This document shows positions 48,958-58,461 of a stretch of 64,000 nt of DNA, piece by piece; positions within the stretch are counted from its first letter, which is position 1, and each line of letters opens with the position of its first letter. Under the pieces are notes generated by a model. That model did no database searches and had not been told where the DNA came from. It saw nothing but the letters and a program-made list of their open reading frames with translations. The stretch covers positions 64,001 through 128,000 of the forward strand of contig JAVCBU010000006.1 of the NCBI GenBank assembly GCA_037917685.1, in the 5' to 3' direction. The position numbers and the translations under genes are program-made. This stretch comes from Thermoproteota archaeon (lineage in GTDB: Archaea > Korarchaeota > Korarchaeia > Korarchaeales > JAOZGB01).

Positions 48958-50938
48958 CCTTTTTCCTATATTCTACTATTAACTTCCTCACAACACTTTC
49001 TGAAAATTGTGATTCCCCAACCTTCGCGGGAAGAAACCTTCTTTTAACCTTTTCAACATCTTGCGGGTTAAAAATCGCGATATCACCTAGGATTTTCATT
49101 TTAATTTCTGAGGCGGGTATGACTGGAATTTTAGAGTTTTTAAGAATTGAAAGAGCCGGCTCTGGCGGAGGCTTTCCCAGAACTATTATAGCTGAAGGTA
49201 GAAGCCTTGATATTCTCTCTGCTACGGCCTTACCAGCACCAGCAGCATCTTTAACAACCAATATGGATCCGGGCTTGATTCTCTTTTTAGCAATGGCCTC
49301 TTCGATTATGTTTTTTGAAAGTTTATCGATAACTTCAGCCCTCTCAAGCTGATATAGTTCTACTTCCTTACTTCTACTTCTCTCCATGTCTAGTTCAACC
49401 TCAAGCTCTTTCACACGTCTCTCTAAATTGGCTACTTTGGTCTCTAGGTAGCGTATCCTCTCATCTCTTAGCTTTATAGCCCGGTCACGCTTTATTTCAA
49501 TTAGTGTTTTATCATGGATAGAGTCTAATATGGCATGCAGATTCTCAACTTCTTTCTTATAAGAGGCCAACTCTGCCCTAAGATTTGATATTTCCTGTTC
49601 CCTTTCAGCAAGCTTCCTCTTAAGCTTTTCAATCTCCTTCTTTAGAACAATGTCCCCGGAGATAATTGGTCTGCGCTGCTCCATTTTTTTCCGTGGAGCC
49701 TCTGATTTTATTATTTTTATAGCTTCTGAGATCGGTACCCCCTCGGATACTAGGGCTCTAAGCTTATCAGAAGGTAAATTTAAACCAGACTCCCTAGCAT
49801 GTGATTCAGCTTTCCTCCATAGATTTAGGTATGAATTGTAAGTTTTAACCATGGCGGCGAAAGCATCTCTTTCATGGGAGGTTTCTACCTTAATATTATA
49901 TTTCTGGAGAATCTGTCTTTTTTCTTCCAGGGTAAGGGTTTCCATTCTATGGATCTTAGCACCGAAAATCTTAGCGATTTTAATTATAGACTTTGGAACC
50001 GGGCTCTTATCACAGGTGATTATGGTCGGAATTCCATACTTGGATATTTCTTCTATTAACATTGACCTAGTGGGTTTTCTTAGGGTCTTAAGCACAAGTA
50101 GGTTTCCGAACATGTCAAAAATGCAAAGACCAGTACTCACTCCGGGATCGATGCTAACCAATATAGGCTTCCTACTAACCCTGGGCTCTAAGTCCCCAAT
50201 CTTAATATATCCTATACTTTTCTTTCTGATAGGCTCAACAACAACCTTAATATTTGGCCCTACATACGGCCGAACAATTCTTGATAAACCTTTTCTACGA
50301 GAGTAAACGATGAATTCGGCTTTCGAAAGTCCTCCTTCACCTGAAACCGTATAAAGATCGTACTCTATACCTGCGGACTTTAGCCTTTCTTCGATAACCC
50401 TAGATTCTTCTAGTACTAGGGATTCTGAAAGCCTCCTCCATCTATCACTACCTGATCCTCCCTTTTTAACACTTGACGATTTTGCTACTATAATCTTAGT
50501 CTCGTTCTCATATAGTATAATCTTACAACCGTATCCGAGAGCCGCCAGCCTGGCGATAACCTCTGCTTCTCCCCTAGATGAATCAACTTTTGCTTCGACT
50601 CCCGCCTCCTTAGCTAAAGACTTGACAGATTTAAAACCATGTATAGGAGATCCTGTCACCTGAATTATTGTTAAATCAACCGGCAAGTTTTCTATGAACT
50701 TGTAAAGTTCAGACTTTCTCTTAAACAACTCCTTAATGTTATCTACCGCCAACGTTTTAATATGATACTTATCGATTAGAGATTTAATGTCGTAAAGAGA
50801 GACAGAGTGACTTAAGTATACGATTTCACCCTGATTTAACACTACAACTGAGTATTTAGCCCTTTTCTTAGAGTAAGGCGAGGATAGAGGTCTTACGTCT
50901 ACACCAATTATTGGCTCTTCAACAGTAGGTTGCATCAA
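48938..50938 (-). CDS. DUF460-domain protein (RNase H-like fold plus coiled coil)
   Basis: LAVDNI.EL, IQVTG, SIDPGVSTG, HERDA, long coiled coil. Confidence 0.85.
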   Translation of the reverse strand: MMQPTVEEPIIGVDVRPLSSPYSKKRAKYSVVVLNQGEIVYLSHSVSLYDIKSLIDKYHIKTLAVDNIKELFKRKSELYKFIENLPVDLTIIQVTGSPIHGFKSVKSLAKEAGVEAKVDSSRGEAEVIARLAALGYGCKIILYENETKIIVAKSSSVKKGGSGSDRWRRLSESLVLEESRVIEERLKSAGIEYDLYTVSGEGGLSKAEFIVYSRRKGLSRIVRPYVGPNIKVVVEPIRKKSIGYIKIGDLEPRVSRKPILVSIDPGVSTGLCIFDMFGNLLVLKTLRKPTRSMLIEEISKYGIPTIITCDKSPVPKSIIKIAKIFGAKIHRMETLTLEEKRQILQKYNIKVETSHERDAFAAMVKTYNSYLNLWRKAESHARESGLNLPSDKLRALVSEGVPISEAIKIIKSEAPRKKMEQRRPIISGDIVLKKEIEKLKRKLAEREQEISNLRAELASYKKEVENLHAILDSIHDKTLIEIKRDRAIKLRDERIRYLETKVANLERRVKELEVELDMERSRSKEVELYQLERAEVIDKLSKNIIEEAIAKKRIKPGSILVVKDAAGAGKAVAERISRLLPSAIIVLGKPPPEPALSILKNSKIPVIPASEIKMKILGDIAIFNPQDVEKVKRRFLPAKVGESQFSESVVRKLIVEYRKKVTNQDS

Positions 50939-51011
50939 ATACCTTCACACACCTGATAATATGTATTGAAAGACCGCTTTTTTAAGTATTGGGTAACTCT
51001 TGAATGCGTGA

Positions 51012-52349
51012 ATGAAGACTCAACTTACGCTTATAGCCATGCTAATAGTCCTAGAGATACTCGGCTTTTCACAAGGTCGCCCCGAATTAACGGTCGAACT
51101 TGAAATAGAATCAATGCTTTTCACGAAAGGCAAATATACTGCGAATCTTATAGTTGGAAACCCCGGGAACATATCAGCCTTAATTCTTAAGGCTGGTTTG
51201 ATTTTGCCATGGGGAATGCGAGAAAAAAAGGTGAATATATATATGCATGCCAAAGGCATAGAGAATATACCTATAAGTTTAAGTGTCCCAGCAAACATCC
51301 AGCCTGGTATTTACGCCGTACAGGGATTTATTGATTATAGAAAAACAGGAAGCACAGAGGTAGAAAGGGCTTTGACTTCAGAAGTTAAGGTCTATATTGC
51401 AGATATAGAGAGAGCGTTAGATGTTCAAATCGATGCAAACACCACAGAGGTACTCCCTGGTGACTCGATAAAATTTAATATCACTATTTTCAATAGAAAG
51501 ATCCCAAATGCAAAGCTTAATGTAAATGTTGAGCTAGGTAATGTATCTCTTTGGAGTACAAATATCTCAATGAACATCGGTATGAGGAAGCTAATCGAGA
51601 CGGAGGTTAAGATACCGGAAACAGAACAGCCTGGCAACTATACTCTATGTTTTACAATAGATTATGGTTTTTATCGTGAACATATGTTTTTTAACATCAC
51701 TGTTAACGCTATACCCATATACTTCGACGTCGAAAAAGCAAGTAGAATGCTGGAGGCAGCTGATAGAATGCTTAGAGAGGCTGAGAAAGCCACAAACCTG
51801 GGAATAAAGGATGGGTTCGTGGAGATATATCCCTCGGAACTTAGAGAGGCCTTCAACTATTATGAAGAGGCGGAGGCCTTATTTAATGAAAAGGATAATA
51901 AAACTTTCATTTATGCTGGAATGGTAATAGAGAAGTCGAATGCTACAATTTTACTAATATCAAAAGCTTATCTCGAAGTTTTGAGTAGGGAGATCTCTAC
52001 TAGAGAGAAAGATATAGAGCGTCTTATGAACATGAGTGTGTCAGGTCGGCATCTCACCGACGTAACCGAGGCATTAAAAATAGTCAAACAACACTATGAA
52101 AGAGCCGAATCCTACTTTTTAAATTATCAATTTGAGGAGGGAAGAAACGAGGCTTTAGATTCTTTGGAAGGCTTAAAGGTGGTAGATGAGCTAATCATCA
52201 GAGCTTGGGACTCCCACCAACGTGAAACCGGATTTGTATCCATTATTTGGTTTTCTGCGTCTCTCTTGATAATTCTAATCTTGTTATACCTGTTCAACTC
52301 AATCATGACAAGTCGTTCGAGGCTTACTCCTCAGGGTTCAACATTATAA
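51012..52349 (+). CDS. Exported Ig-like/helical protein with C-terminal TM anchor
   Basis: Signal peptide, two 'VP...PGxY' beta-sandwich repeats, helical region, C-terminal TM helix. Confidence 0.7.
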   Translation: MKTQLTLIAMLIVLEILGFSQGRPELTVELEIESMLFTKGKYTANLIVGNPGNISALILKAGLILPWGMREKKVNIYMHAKGIENIPISLSVPANIQPGIYAVQGFIDYRKTGSTEVERALTSEVKVYIADIERALDVQIDANTTEVLPGDSIKFNITIFNRKIPNAKLNVNVELGNVSLWSTNISMNIGMRKLIETEVKIPETEQPGNYTLCFTIDYGFYREHMFFNITVNAIPIYFDVEKASRMLEAADRMLREAEKATNLGIKDGFVEIYPSELREAFNYYEEAEALFNEKDNKTFIYAGMVIEKSNATILLISKAYLEVLSREISTREKDIERLMNMSVSGRHLTDVTEALKIVKQHYERAESYFLNYQFEEGRNEALDSLEGLKVVDELIIRAWDSHQRETGFVSIIWFSASLLIILILLYLFNSIMTSRSRLTPQGSTL

Positions 52350-52569
52350 ACAGGACATTGTTACCTCTTATAAATATTTTTCCGTATCTTCTGACAGCGG
52401 AGCCTGTTTTTACATCCCACTCCTTTACGTTCTCTAACACGAGATTCATGTGGTCGTCGCAAATTTCAAGTCTCCCCGAGAATTCAGCGCCGCTTTTCAG
52501 CCTAACCCTGACAAGGGAGCCATTAGATCTATGAAGGAATGCTAGTGGTGTGGCAGGTGACTTACTCAT
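52324..52569 (-). CDS. Sm-like (LSm/SmAP) RNA-binding protein
   Basis: VRLKSG..FSGRL...DDHMNLVLENV, IFIRGNNV; start at MSKSPATPL. Confidence 0.92.
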   Translation of the reverse strand: MSKSPATPLAFLHRSNGSLVRVRLKSGAEFSGRLEICDDHMNLVLENVKEWDVKTGSAVRRYGKIFIRGNNVLFIMLNPEE

Positions 52570-52730
52570 GGCAATGCACCCATAGGTTTCTCCCACTATC
52601 TTACACGCTCTCTCAATAATAAATTTAACCGTTAAAACTTCGCATTGCCAACTATTTCTATAACTGTTCAAAATCTTTCACATTAAAGTCCGGAGATAAA
52701 GATATATTGGCGTACTATGACATACAGATA

Positions 52731-53141
52731 TTATTTTGAGACTCTTGCTCTAAACACGACATTTGTCCATGTAAAAACAACTCCAGCTAAGCTAAGCATT
52801 ATGATAGAAAGCGAAACTTGCCAGGTCCCATACATCCATGAAGTAGGGAAAGATAGGAGGCTTGTTGACGAATTAAGCATAATGAGTTTTTCAGCCTTCC
52901 TAAAGATTTTGCTGAAATCGCTCTCTGTCAATGCGATCCTCCTAATCAAGATTTCTGAGGCTATAAATATAACGAACGCTATAAAGTACGGTATAATACT
53001 CAAAAGCCCAAACTGGGAACCATCTAAAGGTGGAATGCCCGGATATACTAAGGTTTGATAAAATAGGCATCCGAAAGGAAGCACAATACTCCATGTTACA
53101 ACCATGCATAGCCGTGGAGGAGGTATAATATTCTTACCCAT
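52731..53141 (-). CDS. Hypothetical membrane protein
   Basis: 3-4 hydrophobic segments. Confidence 0.5.
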   Translation of the reverse strand: MGKNIIPPPRLCMVVTWSIVLPFGCLFYQTLVYPGIPPLDGSQFGLLSIIPYFIAFVIFIASEILIRRIALTESDFSKIFRKAEKLIMLNSSTSLLSFPTSWMYGTWQVSLSIIMLSLAGVVFTWTNVVFRARVSK

Positions 53142-53201
53142 CTGGTCTTTACATTCATAGAAAATTTAAAAGTGTTTAAAGTTAATTAGGCACGATCTCA
53201 C

Positions 53202-53615
53202 TTGGGGGAATATCCAGATAACCTTTATTATACCAGAACACATGAATGGGCTAAAATTGACGGTGATGTAGTCACAGTAGGAATCACATCCTATGCTGCA
53301 GAAGAGCTGGGCGAAGTTACAAGGATAGTCCTACCAGAAGTAGGAAAGAAAGTCCAATCCGGTGAACCCTTCGGGGAAATTGAATCATACAAGTCTTGTA
53401 ACGAGTTATTCTCCCCAGTTTCAGGAGTAATTATTGAGAAGAACATGGATATTGAGGATCCAGACAAGGGAGGAAAGGGTAGACTAGACTTGATATCAGA
53501 AGATCCGTACGGGCGAGGCTGGCTGATAAAGATAAAGGCGACTAATTTATCTGGGGACATAGAAAAATTAATGACCTCGCAGGAATACTCAAAAATGATT
53601 GAACAGGAATCCTAG
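53202..53615 (+). CDS. gcvH: Glycine cleavage H protein-like lipoyl carrier
   Basis: YTRTHEW, VGITSYA..LG, IESYK (lipoyl Lys), SPVSG, DPYG.GW. Confidence 0.92.
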   Translation: MGEYPDNLYYTRTHEWAKIDGDVVTVGITSYAAEELGEVTRIVLPEVGKKVQSGEPFGEIESYKSCNELFSPVSGVIIEKNMDIEDPDKGGKGRLDLISEDPYGRGWLIKIKATNLSGDIEKLMTSQEYSKMIEQES

Positions 53616-53962
53616 CTAGAGCTAAAACTTCGAGCCAACCTATTCCTGAGACTTAGCACATCTTCAATGCTTAAAACCTTAAACTTGGGGAGCTGTATCC
53701 TTAAAAGTACATTATCGCCTATTTTATCAATGTCCTTTACATCTATAGGTATCTCTTTCTCAACGTCCTTTTCTGAATCTAAGCCTACGATTATTAACCC
53801 AACTCTAAAGCTTGGAATGTAAACTTTAATGCTTCTTACTATCCCCACCATCGCCATTCTATTATCAAGGACGACTTTACCACAAAGTTCGCCTGGAAAT
53901 ATAGTTTCTATAAATTCTGTAGCTTTCTCCACAGGGCTTCCTCTTCCCTCCATCACTTCCAC
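53612..53962 (-). CDS. PRC-barrel-like protein
   Basis: GKVVLD...VGIV...IDKIGDNVLL pattern. Confidence 0.55.
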   Translation of the reverse strand: MEVMEGRGSPVEKATEFIETIFPGELCGKVVLDNRMAMVGIVRSIKVYIPSFRVGLIIVGLDSEKDVEKEIPIDVKDIDKIGDNVLLRIQLPKFKVLSIEDVLSLRNRLARSFSSS

Positions 53963-53999
53963 ATCCCACTCCTAATATTTAAGGTTAAACTTTGCTGGT

Positions 54000-54551
54000 T
54001 CATCTCTTACGTGGAGATGTAACCCCAAGATGAATAACCTTAACATCTCCCCTCATTAAATTTGCGATTATTGACACTAAAACCTCTGGAGTCGTCCTTC
54101 GAAGTCCTGATTTGAGTTTAACGATCACGAGTAAATCGCTATTTTCTACGGTAGTTAAAAGTTCGTATCTATCATACATTAAATTTACCCTTCTATTATC
54201 CTCATCTTTGAAGTAATAGTACTTTAACACGACTAGGAATTTAAGCGTAGATTTGGGTTGTGTTCTTATTTTCCCGATCAATCTTAAAGCAACTTGATGC
54301 GTTAAGGGCTTATCTTCATATTCCACCAAATATTCCCTGTAACCTACCACATACGTCTTCTTGTGAGCGGGACTCAGCCTTATAGGATCTTTCATCTGAT
54401 TTAACTGGCATAATACGTTAATGAACCTAGACAGAGCCGCAGCGACGTCCATGTTAGATCTAAGAATGAACTTATCTCCTCTAAGACCTAATCTCTTCAG
54501 TTCTAACAGGTTTAAGTTTTCTAACTCTATCATCAGAATTACACCAATCAC
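54000..54551 (-). CDS. Hypothetical protein
   Basis: 183-aa ORF starting immediately downstream of the hef stop; no motif recognised. Confidence 0.6.
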   Translation of the reverse strand: MIGVILMIELENLNLLELKRLGLRGDKFILRSNMDVAAALSRFINVLCQLNQMKDPIRLSPAHKKTYVVGYREYLVEYEDKPLTHQVALRLIGKIRTQPKSTLKFLVVLKYYYFKDEDNRRVNLMYDRYELLTTVENSDLLVIVKLKSGLRRTTPEVLVSIIANLMRGDVKVIHLGVTSPRKR

Positions 54552-54552
54552 G

Positions 54553-56070
54553 TTATACTAGTTTAAGTTGTATCTTACCCGCCTTTGATGTTTTAAGAAT
54601 TTTCCGCATCCTTTGTTCACGCGTTGATAATATATTTAGGTAAGCTTCTTCTATGCCTGGAGAATAGAAAACTATTACTCTTCCAGGCCTTCTCCTAGCT
54701 GTCCTACCCCTTCTCTGTATACTTCTTATTTCAGAAGGTACTACATCATAAAAAACCACCAGATCGACCTCAGGGATGTCTAAACCTTCCTCACCAACAC
54801 TAGTTGAAACCAGAATGTTGTAGAAGCCGTCTGTGAATTTTCTGAGGACTTCCACCTGTTCAGCCTGGCTCATCCCTTGGAATTCCCCCCTTCTACCTTG
54901 GCCAATAAGTTTAGCGGGTTTACACTTTGGAATTTTAGATAGGGCGTCAACAATGAGTTCCACGGTGTCTCTATAATTTGCAAACACAATGATCTTAGAA
55001 CTTCCATCTTTCACCATGTTTGAAATGATATTAATGAGCATTGATAGTTTAGGATGTAAAACTCCTAATTTCCGAAGATTCTCAGTTACAGATACCGCAT
55101 ATTTCACCCTATTGGATGCCAGTATCAGTTTAGAAGATTTTGTGCTATCCCTTTTAAGTTTTTCAATGTATCTCAAAAACTGTGGTATACCCTGAGTTTC
55201 CAATAGAAGCCTCATATGGTAAAGCTTTACAGCAGTCGAGATTCTGATCGTAGCCACCCCGCTCATATTAAGAGTTCTAGCTTTTCGTTGCAACTCTATA
55301 AGCTTGCTTATTTTAGCATCAGTTGGATCCCCGATTACGCCATACGCTTGTAGATACCTAAGATTATTCTGATATTCGCCTTCTATCATGTTTACTGCTC
55401 TACCGTAGGCTTCGGGGTACTGTACTTTTACATATTCAAACTTTACTGGGGACACGTACGGGGCTACCACCGGATTTTCCCTATCCATCATGATTATGTT
55501 CTTTATCGAAAGATTTGAGCAGATTTCTGATAATTTTTCCTCTTTAGCTCCTGGAGAAGCTGTTAATGCTAGGATCAAAGGGTTTGTTGATGTTCTTTTA
55601 TATACGGAGGCTATTGTAACGTAAGGGTAGTTCCCGACAGCCCTATGAGCCTCATCTATGATAAGCATGGAAAAATCTCTTAGATCTGAGATGCCTGATG
55701 AAAGATCCGACTCTACCGCCTGAGGTGTGCCCACTATTACCTTACATCTATGCCAGATTTCAGCCCGCTCTTCTTTTCTTAACGCCCCGGTAACAGGAGA
55801 TATATCGGATGGGTTAATATTTAATATTCTCCGTAGTTCTGCAACATGCTGGTTTACCAGAGGACGAGTTGGAGCAAGAAAAAGTATTTTCCCCCGTTGT
55901 ACCTTAGAAAGTCTGTAAGCTATGAGCAACGAAGCAATTATAGTTTTACCCATACCTGTAGGTAGTATAACCAACGAGTTTCCTTTCGAAGCCCTCACCA
56001 TTATAACTTCCTGGTATAATCTGGCTTCAATCGTTCTTGGTTTTATCAGGGGGTGCGAAACATAGCTCAT
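54553..56070 (-). CDS. hef: Hef/FANCM-type DEAH helicase (helicase domain only)
   Basis: RLYQ, LPTGMGKT, DEAHRAVGNY, TASPG, SVGEEGLDIP, IQRRGRTAR. Confidence 0.9.
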   Translation of the reverse strand: MSYVSHPLIKPRTIEARLYQEVIMVRASKGNSLVILPTGMGKTIIASLLIAYRLSKVQRGKILFLAPTRPLVNQHVAELRRILNINPSDISPVTGALRKEERAEIWHRCKVIVGTPQAVESDLSSGISDLRDFSMLIIDEAHRAVGNYPYVTIASVYKRTSTNPLILALTASPGAKEEKLSEICSNLSIKNIIMMDRENPVVAPYVSPVKFEYVKVQYPEAYGRAVNMIEGEYQNNLRYLQAYGVIGDPTDAKISKLIELQRKARTLNMSGVATIRISTAVKLYHMRLLLETQGIPQFLRYIEKLKRDSTKSSKLILASNRVKYAVSVTENLRKLGVLHPKLSMLINIISNMVKDGSSKIIVFANYRDTVELIVDALSKIPKCKPAKLIGQGRRGEFQGMSQAEQVEVLRKFTDGFYNILVSTSVGEEGLDIPEVDLVVFYDVVPSEIRSIQRRGRTARRRPGRVIVFYSPGIEEAYLNILSTREQRMRKILKTSKAGKIQLKLV

Positions 56071-56441
56071 AGACCTCTACCAGGTAGAAGTTTTTCGATA
56101 AGCTTGTTAGTTTCAGATAGCACTTTCAGGAGTAGTTCTAGAATTTCAAGATTATCTTTAAGTTCCTCTATGCTTAACTCTGGGAGTACTGTATTTAATT
56201 GTTTAATTTTCTCTTCTAATATGTCTCTAAGCTCTATTAATGCAACTGCTGCTTTAGCCCTACGCTCCTCCTCATCACCCTTGACAAGAATAATCCTTCT
56301 ATTGCATACTACACACCTGACTTCATCGCCTATCCTGAAAAGGGGAACGTAACAGTATGGACATAGATCTGACAGCATTTTCCCTCCTTGCTTAATTGCT
56401 TCGGCCATTAATCGTATCTTATCTCTATTAGCACTAGCCAT
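56067..56441 (-). CDS. UPF0148/Sjogren autoantigen-like zinc-finger protein
   Basis: GGKMLSDLCPYCYVPLF....CVVC. Confidence 0.85.
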   Translation of the reverse strand: MASANRDKIRLMAEAIKQGGKMLSDLCPYCYVPLFRIGDEVRCVVCNRRIILVKGDEEERRAKAAVALIELRDILEEKIKQLNTVLPELSIEELKDNLEILELLLKVLSETNKLIEKLLPGRGL

Positions 56442-56487
56442 GTTCAAAATTTAAATAAGCCCCTGAACTTCTTAAAATAGATGCCCT

Positions 56488-56757
56488 ATGGAAACGGAGG
56501 AGAAATTTAAGGAGGAGCTTGACAGGGCTAGGCAAATATTAATGAAGATAATTAGAGATACTTCGGTTCCTAGAAACATTAGAAGAGCTGCGACCGATGC
56601 ACTAGCTGCCTTAAATGAGGAGAAGAGGACGCCTGGCGTAAGAGCAAGCATTGCGATGTCTTATCTCAACGAGATAATAAACGATATAAACATGCCTTTT
56701 TCGACGAGATCTCAGATTTTAATGTGTATAGGAGTCTTAGAACAGGTTAAGGATTAG
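56488..56757 (+). CDS. UPF0147 family protein
   Basis: DTSVPRNIRRAA, DINMP..TR. Confidence 0.9.
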   Translation: METEEKFKEELDRARQILMKIIRDTSVPRNIRRAATDALAALNEEKRTPGVRASIAMSYLNEIINDINMPFSTRSQILMCIGVLEQVKD

Positions 56758-57478
56758 GGTTAATGGTTTTTATAAGCAGTCTAATCTTATCTAATGATAG
56801 GACATATAGATCCAGAATGGAAGACGATGGATCTTGAGCCTCATTAACCAAAAACTCTGCAGCGCTTTCCTTATCGACAATAGACGAGAAAACTCTACTA
56901 TATAGTCTCAGATTATCAACTTCACCTATCAGTTTCGCTTTTACCGCTGGTTTAACCTTACCTTTCTTGACGTATTTCTCCAGCAAGTCAGCTAACTTTA
57001 CAGTTCCTTGTTTTATTTGAAACAATAAGTATTGCCATTCCTCAACCAACGATTCTATTTCTGCAGATTCAACTGTTTGGAGGCCCACTCTCACCGACTC
57101 GATTGAACCCCTAAGCTTATCGACAGTCTCTATAATCTGATCATGTAGATTCTTTCCCCGAATCCTTTGACGTTGTATCGCCCTTGTAAGTTGATTTTTT
57201 AACCATGCAATTTGAACTTCATATTCCTTTCTTAGCTCGGCAAGGTTCTTTTTCAACTCCTTAATGTACAAGGGGGAGGCTAGCTTTCTAAATTCTTCGA
57301 ACTTCTCCTTAGAGACACCTAGTTCCCTTGATATTTTCTCCGAGTCTACTTCTAATAACATATCAGAGCAAATGATACCGTTCCTAATGAATACCTCTTT
57401 AACCCGTTCTGGATTGCCCCAGAATGATCTTATCATCTCTTCAAGGTAACTGGATAATCTTGTTCTCTCTTTTTCCAT
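56747..57478 (-). CDS. Hypothetical protein: HhH-like N-terminal domain plus coiled coil
   Basis: N-terminal 'EVFIRNGI....LLEVDSEKISRELGVS' resembles RadA/Rad51 N-terminal HhH domains; remainder helical. Confidence 0.55.
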   Translation of the reverse strand: MEKERTRLSSYLEEMIRSFWGNPERVKEVFIRNGIICSDMLLEVDSEKISRELGVSKEKFEEFRKLASPLYIKELKKNLAELRKEYEVQIAWLKNQLTRAIQRQRIRGKNLHDQIIETVDKLRGSIESVRVGLQTVESAEIESLVEEWQYLLFQIKQGTVKLADLLEKYVKKGKVKPAVKAKLIGEVDNLRLYSRVFSSIVDKESAAEFLVNEAQDPSSSILDLYVLSLDKIRLLIKTINPNP

Positions 57479-57636
57479 GTTAGACTTCCAATTCAACAAA
57501 GGTTTTCAAATTTAAATAATATTGACCTAACACATCAATACATGCCTAAGTTATACGACGATGTGGGTGCATACTTATACTATTTCAGCGCGCAGGGACT
57601 GGGTACATGGGCACCTAAGAATCTGTGTGTAGAGTA

Positions 57637-57721
57637 TGCGGGGGGTGGGATTCGAACCCACGAACCCCTTAGGGACGAGGTCCTAAGCCTCGCGCCTTTG
57701 ACCAGACTTGGCTACCCCCGC
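57637..57721 (-). tRNA. tRNA-Leu(TAG)
   Basis: GCGGGGG acceptor stem, CGAGG-CT TAG GA-CCTCG, variable arm, A73. Confidence 0.95.
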
Positions 57722-58071
57722 ATCCTAAATGCAACCCAGAAGTTGTATTTTAAAGTTTCGATATATGTGAACATATATGCATCGGTATAGGTTGAGACAA
57801 ACTTTACATAAGGTTATAGAATGATACAATGAAGTTTTGCAAGACAAAATCCATTGAAGTTATAAATTATTTTTAAAAGATTTACGATAGTTTCTTTAAG
57901 ATTAAGTTTATAGTGGGAATCTGGGGGAAATATATGATTTTTGAGGAATTCTGTTGTTACATGTAAACAAAGAATATATATTAAATTCGTTATTCGGTTA
58001 GATGATTTAATATACAACTTAACTGTGTCTACTATATAAGAGAAAATAAAGATGTTTGATGGTGATGTAAA

Positions 58072-58461
58072 ATGTCGAAGAGAAAGAAGAGGCCTATGAA
58101 GGTAGCACCGGAAGACACACGGGTTATAATACCCGGAATTGGTGGGATAACTATTTCTGAATTAGCTGAAAAACTTAAAGAGAGAGGTGTAGGCAGGGGA
58201 TTAGAGGAACAATTCACAAAGAGCTTATTAGAGTCGATACTAAATGCTGGAGGTATGGTTCAAAGATCTCAGCTTATGAAGATGTGGAAAGACATTAAGC
58301 AAAGTTTAGGTGTAAGAAGGCTAGGGGTTTCTTTGAACTCTCTTATTGACACAGGTTTACTTGCACGGGTTAAACTTCCAGGACGAAGACCCTTCTATTC
58401 TGTAACCGAAAAGGCTGTGGAAAAGTTCGGTTTAAAGGTAGATTATCCTGAAAGCACGTAG
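58072..58461 (+). CDS. Winged-helix DNA-binding protein
   Basis: C-terminal SLNSLIDTGLLARV....RPFYSVTEKA wHTH pattern; GGTGAT SD. Confidence 0.65.
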   Translation: MSKRKKRPMKVAPEDTRVIIPGIGGITISELAEKLKERGVGRGLEEQFTKSLLESILNAGGMVQRSQLMKMWKDIKQSLGVRRLGVSLNSLIDTGLLARVKLPGRRPFYSVTEKAVEKFGLKVDYPEST

